DNA from: Escherichia phage AV123
Sequence record: OR352953.1
Direction: 5' to 3' (one strand)
DNA length: 64,000 nucleotides
Below the pieces are notes generated by a model that ran no database searches, had not been told where the DNA came from, and was given only the letters and a program-made list of their open reading frames with translations. Each line of letters begins with the position of its first letter. The stretch's first letter is position 1. The position numbers and the translations under genes are program-made. Shown here piece by piece: positions 54,626 to 63,322 of this stretch.

Positions 54626-54952
54626 TTACCAAACGTGTTGAGAAATAATAGTTTCCGTTTCAATGTTATATTTTTCAAGAAGTTGTGCATAGGCTTCTTT
54701 TGCATTCTTATTTAGTTGCTCAAGATCTACAGCTACACTTCCTTCGCCACCTTCTAAATAAATGCCATATATGCAATAAGATTCATCAGCGTCATAGAAA
54801 GGAGAGATACGACTTAAATCAAGACCTTCTTGTAAGAACCAGTTAAAATCTCCATCAAATTCTTCTTCAATTCTAGGATCTTCTCCTACAGCCTCTTCCC
54901 ATTTATTAAAAGGCGCACCCTGTAACATACGCCATTCAATATTAGTTCCCAT
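54626..54952 (-). CDS. acidic hypothetical protein
   Basis: start reset to ATG 54950-54952 (AGGAGG RBS). Confidence 0.5.
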   Translation of the reverse strand: MGTNIEWRMLQGAPFNKWEEAVGEDPRIEEEFDGDFNWFLQEGLDLSRISPFYDADESYCIYGIYLEGGEGSVAVDLEQLNKNAKEAYAQLLEKYNIETETIISQHVW

Positions 54953-55088
54953 TATCTTCCTCCTCTTCTTTTTCTTCCGTATGAACGAAACATAAACCGT
55001 TACAATTCCAACAAGGAATAAATTGTTCCATACTAACAATAAAATTCCCAGTGCCACCACAGACAGGACAAATACTTACATCATCCAT
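54942..55088 (-). CDS. small zinc-ribbon protein (48 aa)
   Basis: hand-translated; CPVCGG...CWNC; GAGGAG RBS. Confidence 0.4.
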   Translation of the reverse strand: MDDVSICPVCGGTGNFIVSMEQFIPCWNCNGLCFVHTEEKEEEEDNGN

Positions 55089-55090
55089 TA

Positions 55091-55273
55091 TTAAAGCTCC
55101 TCAATCTTTTCTAACATCTGTTTTAACTCGTTCTCTGTTAACAGAATTTCTGTGATACCATCATAAGTTTCTACCATCAGAGTAAAACATTTTTCCCCAT
55201 CTGAACACACAAAAGCGCCACCTTCATCTTCTGTTAAGTCAGAATTAATATCTACATCAACAAAATCAATCAT
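55091..55273 (-). CDS. small acidic protein
   Basis: start reset to ATG 55271-55273 (AAGGAG RBS). Confidence 0.45.
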   Translation of the reverse strand: MIDFVDVDINSDLTEDEGGAFVCSDGEKCFTLMVETYDGITEILLTENELKQMLEKIEEL

Positions 55274-55484
55274 CTTTTTCTCCTTTGATAATTTCAAACT
55301 TGGCTACACCATTAACTATGATATGACCGCAAGACATAACTCCTAGCCAATGATCACCATTCTTTTTTAAACGTTTGCCGTAAACATCACAGAAACCATT
55401 CTGTAATTCGGAAGCCTCGTAAGAGGCTCCCTTTTCGAAAACGTCTTTGAAGTCAGAAATTAATCCAACACAAAGTAGTTTCAT
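55266..55484 (-). CDS. small hypothetical protein
   Basis: 72 aa. Confidence 0.45.
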   Translation of the reverse strand: MKLLCVGLISDFKDVFEKGASYEASELQNGFCDVYGKRLKKNGDHWLGVMSCGHIIVNGVAKFEIIKGEKDD

Positions 55485-56569
55485 TAAAAGTCTAACTCCT
55501 CGTCATCACTTACATCTTTATTTGCTGAATTCAGTTTGTAAGCTGTAATTTGGATCTCCTGTGCTGCTGCTTGAATTTGATCTGGGTTTAACCAAACATC
55601 CATCCAAGGCAGTGGACTTTTCTTCGGTGCACGGAATTTGTGTTTCATTTTCAGTCTGCGATAGATAGGTGCAGCATTGAAGTAAACCCAAAGTTTGAAC
55701 AACTCTGCGTTACCACCAACGATAACCCTTCCTTCACTAAACAGATAGTCACACCAATCTTCCTCTTGTCCAACTACCGTGTCAAGAATTTCTGTCAGAA
55801 CGTCGATATTATCTTCGTATACTTTTCTCCAAACAGGATCTTTCAGCAGTGCATCAATAATAGCATAATCCATTTTAACGTGCAATAGTTCATCCAACAT
55901 AATTTTTTGAATGAGTTTAGCTGCACCTACAAACAATTGCTGCTCTGCTAAGGCAAATGTTGCAGCAAAAGAGGAGATGAACTGAATACCTTCCAGACCG
56001 ATAAGTGCAATCATTCCTTTCAGGATCAGTAGACGAAGGTTATCATCCTTCTCAATCAGACCTAGAGCATATTTATGTCCTGCCTCTGCCAGATCACTCA
56101 TTATCTCTTCAACTATACCCATCCTCTGGAAGATTCTTTCATTCTCCATGATCTGATCGATAACTTCATTTGGATTAGGGATACACTGACGAATAATTTC
56201 AGAATATGTTAAAGCGTGTAAAACTTCCATTTCTGATTGCTTCATCATCATTGCACATGCTTCGTTGTTGCTTAAAAATGGTGCAAACAAAGTGATGATT
56301 GATTTAGCAAGTGAATCATTTTCCCATTGGAAAGATAGGTTTTTGATCATAACATCATAGTTGCTTTTAGAACAAGCTACGAAATCTTTTCGTGTCTGAT
56401 CTAAGTTTACTTCGTTTTCATCCCAATCTTGCTGTTTTTGTAGTTTGTACAGACGATGCATTTCTGGGTATGTTACGTTAATAGAATCAAAAATACCTAA
56501 CTGTTCGCCCAAAAATACAGGGTAGAAACCTTCTTTGTAAGTGTCGTTGTATAAATTAATTGCTGCCAT
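55484..56569 (-). CDS. nrdB: ribonucleotide reductase class Ia beta subunit
   Basis: 361 aa; di-iron ligand context and C-terminal acidic tail typical of R2. Confidence 0.8.
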   Translation of the reverse strand: MAAINLYNDTYKEGFYPVFLGEQLGIFDSINVTYPEMHRLYKLQKQQDWDENEVNLDQTRKDFVACSKSNYDVMIKNLSFQWENDSLAKSIITLFAPFLSNNEACAMMMKQSEMEVLHALTYSEIIRQCIPNPNEVIDQIMENERIFQRMGIVEEIMSDLAEAGHKYALGLIEKDDNLRLLILKGMIALIGLEGIQFISSFAATFALAEQQLFVGAAKLIQKIMLDELLHVKMDYAIIDALLKDPVWRKVYEDNIDVLTEILDTVVGQEEDWCDYLFSEGRVIVGGNAELFKLWVYFNAAPIYRRLKMKHKFRAPKKSPLPWMDVWLNPDQIQAAAQEIQITAYKLNSANKDVSDDEELDF

Positions 56570-56891
56570 TTAAATCCTCCACAATATCACACATTGCTTT
56601 TATTGTATCAATGTGTTCTCTCTCCATACCATTCTCTATGTAAGCCTTCTCTAATGCGTTCCATACACTCTTTGTGAGTAGTACAGTAACCTCTCCCTCA
56701 TATCTTGCCCTGGTTAAAGCATACCAGGTAGCTTCGGGATCATTGGAAGCCCATATTTCAACACTGGAAAATTGAAAACCTGCAATATGATGACAACACC
56801 AATCGAATGTAAAATCTTTACTATCTACCAGTGTATAATTGCCCCAACGCCTTTGTGGTGTTGCCCCAGGTAATACAACTAATGTAGGCAT
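56556..56891 (-). CDS. hypothetical protein
   Basis: start reset to ATG 56889-56891 (AAGGAGG RBS). Confidence 0.5.
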   Translation of the reverse strand: MPTLVVLPGATPQRRWGNYTLVDSKDFTFDWCCHHIAGFQFSSVEIWASNDPEATWYALTRARYEGEVTVLLTKSVWNALEKAYIENGMEREHIDTIKAMCDIVEDLNGSN

Positions 56892-56904
56892 ATTCCTCCT
56901 TAAG

Positions 56905-56926
56905 AAATGGGGGACAAAGCCCCCTA
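56905..56926 (-). terminator. candidate terminator/attenuator (minus strand)
   Basis: GGGGGCTTTGTCCCCC then ATTTCTT on minus strand. Confidence 0.45.
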
Positions 56927-56932
56927 GCTTCA

Positions 56933-59194
56933 TTACATCTTACAAGCCTCACAACCGGATTCTTCATCCTCTTGAGCGAGTGAGGTTGCTGATTTTGTTC
57001 GACTATTTAGATAGTACAAAGATTTACCACCAAGTTTTGCAAACTGAAGGATATATTGCATTTCTGATTTAATGGATAAACGACCACCTTCCATCTTAGA
57101 ATAGTCAATCCACTTGTCACATGATGCACCTTGATCTAAGAATTTAGTCAACAGTCCATATGCTTCAGCCATATCTTTATCTGGCGTATCCCAAGCCGAT
57201 TGGTAAATATCTTTTAGTTTATCGTAATCTGGCACAATAAACAAGACATTACCTTTTTGGCTTTGTTTATAAACTATAGTATCACGTACAGGATACACAG
57301 AGTTAGTCGTATTACTTACAAGACTACTGGACTCATTCGGAGCAATAGCTGCTAATACACTATTTCGGATACCACCTTGTGCAATTATATCTTGTCGTAA
57401 ACCTTCCCAATCCATTTTAAGTTTAAAATTGCCAATATCGTCTACAGCTTTAGCGTAGGTATCAATAGGCAACCATCCTTCAGGCCATTTGGTTTTATGC
57501 ATCCATTCTGCATTACCTTTCTCTTTTGCCAAACGAAGAGAAGCTCTTGCTAACCAGTAATAATGTCTTTCTGCTAATTCGTGAATTAGTTTTTTGCCGT
57601 AAGGATCTGAATAAGTAACAAAATTACTTGCCAGATAATGTGCCAGGTTTGTAATACCTACACCGATAGACCTACGTGCTTTAGCAGTGATTTCGTTATG
57701 TTTAAACGGATACTGCATTGTTTCAATAACATTATCAATAGTTAGAACGGTATAATATGCAACATCTTCATATTCTTCTGGTGTAACACGACCAGCTACA
57801 ATAGAAGACAGGAAACATAATGCCAATTCTTGATCTTCTGTATTCTCACCTGTGAAAAGATCAGTCATACTGTGAAATGCTTTCGTAGGCAAGAAAATTT
57901 CTTGGCACAAGTTTGACTGATAAATAACATCCTTAAACGGAGTATGCTTATTAGCATTATCCGCAAAGAACATATAAATACGTCCTGTCTCTGCTCTTTG
58001 TGTAATAATTTCTGCCAGAAGATCTCGTGCTTTTACAAACTTCTTCTTAATTCGTTTGCGACTAACTTTTTCATATACTTCTTCAAACTCTTCCTCGCTT
58101 TTATAAAGCGCCTCATAGAGTTCTGGTGCTTCGTCATAACTAACTAGCATCCAATCTTTACCTTTTGCTGCACGGCGCAGGAAAGCATTGTTTACTACGA
58201 TAGAGTAATCAAGTTTATCTACTCGTTTTTCACTAACAGTAGTTGGGTTTTTCAAACGTACCAGATCTTCAAAATCAGGTTCTAATATTGTAAACGTTAC
58301 TGTTGCACTTCCACCACGACTTGCTTGTTTTGATGCTCCAACACTTGTCTCCATCCATTTCAGATATGGTAAAAGACCACCGTGAACAATACGGTTGTTC
58401 TTAACACCTTGTCCTGTAGCACGGGTTTGGAGGTTAACACCAATACCTGCATTATTCAATGTATATTCATGAGCAAGATAGTTAGCAATTGCTAAAGATT
58501 CTGCTGTATCATCTGCTCTAAACAGACAACAAGAAGCACTACCTTTAATCTTAGTACGCAACGTTGTTAAATAAGGTGATGGTAAATTAATCTTAAGATC
58601 ACTTACGTAGGTATATAGACGTTTAATGTCTTCTACTCTGCGATCTTTTGGTTGGATTTCCATTACCTTCATTGCTACACCAATGAATAAAAATTGTGGT
58701 GATTCAAAAACCACATCATTGATCGCATCTTTCACAAGATACTTATCAACCATCTGGCGCAGTACGGAATAACCATAAGTTAGGTTTTTATCATGATTGA
58801 TAATTTTACCAATCTCAATAATTTCTTCTTCTGTATAATTCATTTTCCCCCAATAGCCTTTACTTACAGACATATTGTAGAAATCCAGGAGGGAGGGGAT
58901 ATTGTGATATCCCCCATGAGCCTGTTTATAGATCATACCAAGAAGTAACCGACCTGCCATATCACTATATGCCTGATCTTTCTTATCAATACATGCTGCT
59001 ATCATAGCTTTATGTAAATCACGAGTAGGCACACCGTCGTAACAACGTTTAACAGCTTCGAGTTCGATTTCAGACCAATTTAATTTACCAGCAGCAAACT
59101 CTGACCATTTACGAAGTTTTTCTGGATTAAATTCTTCTTTCTTGCCGTTTGTTTTTGTTACATAACGGATAGATTTGCTTAGATACTGAGTCAC
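56933..59194 (-). CDS. nrdA: ribonucleotide reductase class Ia alpha subunit
   Basis: 753 aa, N-terminal ATP-cone-like region, C-terminal CEACKM tail; GTG start with AGGAGAGG RBS. Confidence 0.85.
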   Translation of the reverse strand: MTQYLSKSIRYVTKTNGKKEEFNPEKLRKWSEFAAGKLNWSEIELEAVKRCYDGVPTRDLHKAMIAACIDKKDQAYSDMAGRLLLGMIYKQAHGGYHNIPSLLDFYNMSVSKGYWGKMNYTEEEIIEIGKIINHDKNLTYGYSVLRQMVDKYLVKDAINDVVFESPQFLFIGVAMKVMEIQPKDRRVEDIKRLYTYVSDLKINLPSPYLTTLRTKIKGSASCCLFRADDTAESLAIANYLAHEYTLNNAGIGVNLQTRATGQGVKNNRIVHGGLLPYLKWMETSVGASKQASRGGSATVTFTILEPDFEDLVRLKNPTTVSEKRVDKLDYSIVVNNAFLRRAAKGKDWMLVSYDEAPELYEALYKSEEEFEEVYEKVSRKRIKKKFVKARDLLAEIITQRAETGRIYMFFADNANKHTPFKDVIYQSNLCQEIFLPTKAFHSMTDLFTGENTEDQELALCFLSSIVAGRVTPEEYEDVAYYTVLTIDNVIETMQYPFKHNEITAKARRSIGVGITNLAHYLASNFVTYSDPYGKKLIHELAERHYYWLARASLRLAKEKGNAEWMHKTKWPEGWLPIDTYAKAVDDIGNFKLKMDWEGLRQDIIAQGGIRNSVLAAIAPNESSSLVSNTTNSVYPVRDTIVYKQSQKGNVLFIVPDYDKLKDIYQSAWDTPDKDMAEAYGLLTKFLDQGASCDKWIDYSKMEGGRLSIKSEMQYILQFAKLGGKSLYYLNSRTKSATSLAQEDEESGCEACKM

Positions 59195-59205
59195 TTCCTC
59201 TCCTA

Positions 59206-59466
59206 TTAATTGTGCATGTTTAGAACATCTACATCATAACCGCCACGCATCTCATTATATAAGCCATTTGCGTATAGAAAACCTTCAAAATGATCTATAC
59301 CTTCAAAACCTTTTGCCTTTGCTTTGCGGTCTGCTTCTTGTCTTTTTGGGGATAATCTTTTAGATGTATCAAGGATAACTGTTACATTGCAACCTAATGT
59401 TTCATCAAAATAGACTTCAATTTCACAGCCTTCATATTTATTACTTTCTGTCATTTGGCCTCTCAA
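59206..59466 (-). CDS. hypothetical protein
   Basis: 86 aa. Confidence 0.5.
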   Translation of the reverse strand: MRGQMTESNKYEGCEIEVYFDETLGCNVTVILDTSKRLSPKRQEADRKAKAKGFEGIDHFEGFLYANGLYNEMRGGYDVDVLNMHN

Positions 59467-59877
59467 TTAGAATTCAGAATCATCATCTCGTGATGGATCA
59501 TGTTCATTTCCGAAGTCTTCCATTTTGATATGAGAGCTACCCCAACCTGTAAAATCTTCTTCTCCAAAGTGCAAAATATCTACACCTTGATAGATTCGCT
59601 TATATTTATAGTCTTGTCGAACTGGGAAAGTATACAATGTAGTATTTGCAAACACCACACGTCGATTGTTGTTACTACGAATATTAACACCACGTTCTAC
59701 TGTATAATGTCCATCGGTAGACATACCAAGCATTACTAATGCTGCTCTCAATGTAGTGTTATGATACTCGTGAGGAATTTTTCCTCCGTGCTTTTTAGCC
59801 ATTTCTTTCCAGATCGGTGTAGCCTTAATGGTAGACATACTTACGGTCGCCCAAATGGTTGTATTAATTAGTGACAT
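59467..59877 (-). CDS. hypothetical protein
   Basis: 136 aa; GAAGGAGAA RBS. Confidence 0.55.
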   Translation of the reverse strand: MSLINTTIWATVSMSTIKATPIWKEMAKKHGGKIPHEYHNTTLRAALVMLGMSTDGHYTVERGVNIRSNNNRRVVFANTTLYTFPVRQDYKYKRIYQGVDILHFGEEDFTGWGSSHIKMEDFGNEHDPSRDDDSEF

Positions 59878-59899
59878 AAATTCTCCTTCTCTCTTTTAA

Positions 59900-59957
59900 G
59901 GAGAGCATAGCTCTCCTAACGTTAGCCTATACTACACGAATCTCAATTAAAAGTCAA
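59900..59957 (-). promoter_or_regulatory. minus-strand promoter with leader stem-loop
   Basis: minus strand TTGACT-17-TAGTAT followed by AGGAGAGCTATGCTCTCCT hairpin upstream of 59877 gene. Confidence 0.4.
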
Positions 59958-59974
59958 CTATAATTTTAAGTTGA

Positions 59975-60946
59975 TCACCATTTTGTATGGTTAGTCAAAA
60001 GTTGACGATGTTGAATCCAACCACAGAAGTTTCCACTCCACAAACGATGTTTACGATCCATATGTGTAATACCTTCTTCCCAAGAAGTAGGGAACGGAGG
60101 AATATTAATACCACCTTTCTGTTGTTTTAATCCTGACAAATCCATTTCTTTCATTGGTGTTGCCTGGTGTTCAAACGGAGATGCATGTACCTTCTGTCCA
60201 GACAGCAAACGAGAATAGATATCCAATGCTTTATCTTTAGTATCATTCAATTTACGATAACTTACCTGAGCGCAACAAGAAGCTGAGATAGCTTTTGCTT
60301 CATCTTCTGTCAACATTTTCTCGTTGGAGAAGGTTTCACCCAAGAAATAACGGATCATACCAGTTTCTGGATCTCGATCACGATTAACGTAAGGTGTATG
60401 CCATTCCCCTGGGAAAAGAAGATATGGTTCAGAAGATTCATACAATTTTTTAATTTCTTTAGCAAGAGCCTCAATAGTAGGATCTGCATCAGCATCTACG
60501 CGCAACCACAAGAAGTTTTCTAGCTCTGTAGTGGTTACTACAGTCTTCATACGCTGGAATGGTTCTAGTAGGCGGTTTGCAACCTGTTTATGATAACCAG
60601 CAAGGGCAAACTCTTCTGCAAAACGTGCAGCACTTAGCGCAGCCAAGTCCCACCATTCTTTTGCAGTGTAACCTGCATCAATCAGGGCATCGTGATCTGT
60701 GCCTTTATCTTGCATACCTGGTTGGTTAGCACCAAAACGATAAGGACGTGCTGGAGATTGCCGTACCATTTCAATTAGAGTTTTAACAGGGATAGCTCGA
60801 CTTGATGCGGCATTACGAGAAAACAAACGATGCGTCATCAATTCAGAGTGAATGATTCGAGGATATTCAAGTTCAAAGGTAACAATATCCTTACCTTCAG
60901 ATGTTTGAGAGTGTGCAATAATTTTTGCTGAAATAGAATTTGTCAT
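59975..60946 (-). CDS. thyX: flavin-dependent thymidylate synthase
   Basis: ThyX motif HRLFSRNAASSRA (RHR...S.R); 323 aa. Confidence 0.8.
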   Translation of the reverse strand: MTNSISAKIIAHSQTSEGKDIVTFELEYPRIIHSELMTHRLFSRNAASSRAIPVKTLIEMVRQSPARPYRFGANQPGMQDKGTDHDALIDAGYTAKEWWDLAALSAARFAEEFALAGYHKQVANRLLEPFQRMKTVVTTTELENFLWLRVDADADPTIEALAKEIKKLYESSEPYLLFPGEWHTPYVNRDRDPETGMIRYFLGETFSNEKMLTEDEAKAISASCCAQVSYRKLNDTKDKALDIYSRLLSGQKVHASPFEHQATPMKEMDLSGLKQQKGGINIPPFPTSWEEGITHMDRKHRLWSGNFCGWIQHRQLLTNHTKW

Positions 60947-60955
60947 TATTTCTCC

Positions 60956-61546
60956 TTAAGGTAGTAAAATACTTTCAATTTCTTCCCACTGATTATCTAA
61001 ACCAGTGATAATTACATTAGGAAGTTTCTTTAACTCTTCCAAGTATGGATCTTCGTAAATAGTGTTGAAATATATTTTCAACGTTTCATCTGGAAATAGG
61101 ACAAGATTTTCAGCCCTATCGTCAATAGTTACGTCGCAAGGTAATAAGTATTTTTCTTTTGTTGCGAAAAAGCCATTACCAGATGTTCTACTAAAGTCCA
61201 CTTTATCTAAAGATCGTGTTACGTGTCTATATTTAGAACTAAGGTGTCCACCCTTAGTGTGGCTTGCTATAGATATATTAGCTCCATTTGCAATTATACG
61301 ATGAACAACATCTGTACTATTAGGTACTACTCCCATAGTATCATATAGATGTTGGTTATCCCAAAAAGAGTAAGGATCTACACCAAATTGCTTTTTAAAA
61401 TCAGGAAAATATTTCGTAATATCATAATGCACAGTCTTTTGTGTCTTATCAAACTTGATATTAGATCTACTTACCGCATTTAACCAACTCAACCATTCTA
61501 CATCGGCAGGGGCTATTACTAAATCCCAATCACATACTAGACGCAT
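60956..61546 (-). CDS. HAD-family 5'(3')-deoxyribonucleotidase-like protein
   Basis: DWDLV (DxDxV) and downstream IDDRAEN motifs; start reset to ATG 61544-61546 (AGGAG RBS). Confidence 0.5.
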   Translation of the reverse strand: MRLVCDWDLVIAPADVEWLSWLNAVSRSNIKFDKTQKTVHYDITKYFPDFKKQFGVDPYSFWDNQHLYDTMGVVPNSTDVVHRIIANGANISIASHTKGGHLSSKYRHVTRSLDKVDFSRTSGNGFFATKEKYLLPCDVTIDDRAENLVLFPDETLKIYFNTIYEDPYLEELKKLPNVIITGLDNQWEEIESILLP

Positions 61547-62093
61547 TATTTCTCCTGTTATAACATTTTCTACACATTGTTTCGTAAATGTCTTCTCCTC
61601 CAATAACAATCTGTTCTTTAGAGTCGATAAGTCTAGCATTGAAAATAGCTTTTCTTCCACATTTACAAATGCTTTTCAATTCTGTAATTGAATCTGCTAT
61701 GGCTAATAACCGTTCAGAACCTTCAAACAATTCTGTAGCAAAATCTGTTTTAAGCCCATAACAGAATACAGGAATATCGTAATTATCTACCACATCTCCA
61801 AGAATGTCAACCATATCTTTAGTTAGGAATTGTGATTCGTCCACAAATACTGCATCTACTGGATTTTCTTTAAGTTGTGTATAAATTTCCAGCATATCTT
61901 CTTTTGTTTTAACTGGTTTTGCTTCCTCTTTAATACCTATCCTAGAAGCAATAGCACAACCAGATCTGGTATCTAAAGCTGAAGTTAAAAGAAGAACTTT
62001 CATATTTCTTTCTTTATAGTTCCAAGCTGTTTGTAGCAGATGTGTGCTTTTACCACTGTTCATCGGACTATATCGGAAATAAAGTTTAGCCAT
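61530..62093 (-). CDS. tdk: thymidine kinase
   Basis: MAKLYFRYSPMNSGKST P-loop, C-terminal CxxC zinc motif; 187 aa. Confidence 0.85.
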   Translation of the reverse strand: MAKLYFRYSPMNSGKSTHLLQTAWNYKERNMKVLLLTSALDTRSGCAIASRIGIKEEAKPVKTKEDMLEIYTQLKENPVDAVFVDESQFLTKDMVDILGDVVDNYDIPVFCYGLKTDFATELFEGSERLLAIADSITELKSICKCGRKAIFNARLIDSKEQIVIGGEDIYETMCRKCYNRRNNASSM

Positions 62094-62138
62094 ATTTTCT
62101 CCTCTAACGCTCCCATTTGTGGGAGCGATAATACTTTA

Positions 62139-62714
62139 TTATTTCTCTTCGTCAAGAAGAATTTTTACTATTTGTTTTCTTCGCTTACTTACTGTACTTT
62201 CTGGTGAAATTCCGCGCTTCGTTAGCCAATTTTTATCCTTTTTAGACTGGCATAAAGCTATCGCTTCCTTCTCCGCTTTTGCTTCCCTGAATGTCATATC
62301 GTGCTTGTCAGCATAAGCCAGGATAGCGTTACACTGCTTACAAACTACACGCAGGTCGTCTTCTGTTACGTACAATAAGCGTAAAACAAAACTTGGAATA
62401 TCTTCATAACAGGTTAATGTACCTGCTGCATTAATATGGTCTACTTGAAAGTCTTTCATACCTCCTGTATGTCCACACAATTCACATTTACAATTCCAAA
62501 CCTGTTTCGGTTTGCCTGTTTTCTTATCTAAGACTATATTTCCATCTTTATCCAACCTATCCGCTTTAAATCGTACAGATTGGATCTTTTTTATCTTATT
62601 CGGGTGTCTCACCCATGCTTTCCTTAAGCAACCCCTTAAATATGTATAAAAGGCTGCTTGAGTTTTCCAAGGTGTTCCATCTCCCCAAATAACTTTAGGT
62701 TCTTTATTTTCCAA
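62139..62714 (-). CDS. HNH endonuclease
   Basis: CELCGH...VDHIN...CKQCN HNH motif; TTG start per track. Confidence 0.65.
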   Translation of the reverse strand: MENKEPKVIWGDGTPWKTQAAFYTYLRGCLRKAWVRHPNKIKKIQSVRFKADRLDKDGNIVLDKKTGKPKQVWNCKCELCGHTGGMKDFQVDHINAAGTLTCYEDIPSFVLRLLYVTEDDLRVVCKQCNAILAYADKHDMTFREAKAEKEAIALCQSKKDKNWLTKRGISPESTVSKRRKQIVKILLDEEK

Positions 62715-62898
62715 TAGTGCTCACCTTTTTAGCTACATAATCTCCTGGTGGAATGTTATATTTAAAGAAAAGCATACGGTCTAAACCAGCCTTACACATG
62801 TTTTCTGGGATTGTGATTGTATATAAGAGTTTATCTCCACGTTTATTGTATATTTTATATACTTCACCCTCTCCGTATTGTTTACCGTGAGAAGCCAT
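62704..62898 (-). CDS. small hypothetical protein
   Basis: 64 aa. Confidence 0.45.
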   Translation of the reverse strand: MASHGKQYGEGEVYKIYNKRGDKLLYTITIPENMCKAGLDRMLFFKYNIPPGDYVAKKVSTIGK

Positions 62899-63283
62899 CT
62901 ACGCTCTCCTTCAATGTTTCAATAGCATCTGCTGCTTCAATATACTTACCTTTGTACATTGCTTTTAAAGCCTTACGAACAAGATCATCGTCTGTGTATA
63001 AATCAATTAGCTGATTAGCTAACTCAATTTTTACAGGATTTTTTAAGTTAGGGTAGGCTTCATACAACATATTGTAATACTTATCACTTAATTCTTTTTC
63101 AATATGAATAACGTGAATCGCTTTGTTTAGGTTGATCACACGATCACCTTTGTTTCGACAAGCATACTTAGCTAACTTAGTGAAACAAGGAGTTGCACCA
63201 ATTAGATATGCAAGTTCCAAAGGTTGCATACGCATACGTTTGTAGTGATCACCATCAATTTGAATATCCAGTGCTGTAGTCAT
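62882..63283 (-). CDS. DUF3310-like phage protein
   Basis: DHYK, KYACRNKG, NLNKAI motifs recalled from DUF3310. Confidence 0.45.
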   Translation of the reverse strand: MTTALDIQIDGDHYKRMRMQPLELAYLIGATPCFTKLAKYACRNKGDRVINLNKAIHVIHIEKELSDKYYNMLYEAYPNLKNPVKIELANQLIDLYTDDDLVRKALKAMYKGKYIEAADAIETLKESVDGFSR

Positions 63284-63294
63284 AAATCCTCCAA

Positions 63295-63322
63295 AAATAA
63301 AGGGGCTTTCGCCCCTTTTTTA
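63295..63322. terminator. bidirectional terminator-like hairpin
   Basis: AAAGGGGCTTTCGCCCCTTTTTT. Confidence 0.55.

Noticed and set aside
54626-55060. Long N-terminal extension of the 54626 ORF (MVALGILLLVWNNLF...)
   Set aside because: The extension is an out-of-frame read of the separately supported zinc-ribbon ORF 54942-55088; the real start is ATG 54950-54952 with an AGGAGG RBS.
55484-60946. Group I or II introns splitting nrdA, nrdB or thyX
   Set aside because: All three genes are continuous full-length ORFs without internal frame breaks; the HNH gene at 62139 is free-standing, not intron-encoded.
62100-62130. Hairpin CGCTCCCATTTGTGGGAGCG between the HNH and thymidine kinase genes as a minus-strand terminator
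   Set aside because: No T-run follows on the minus strand; it may be an RNA processing site or plus-strand feature, so it was not called.
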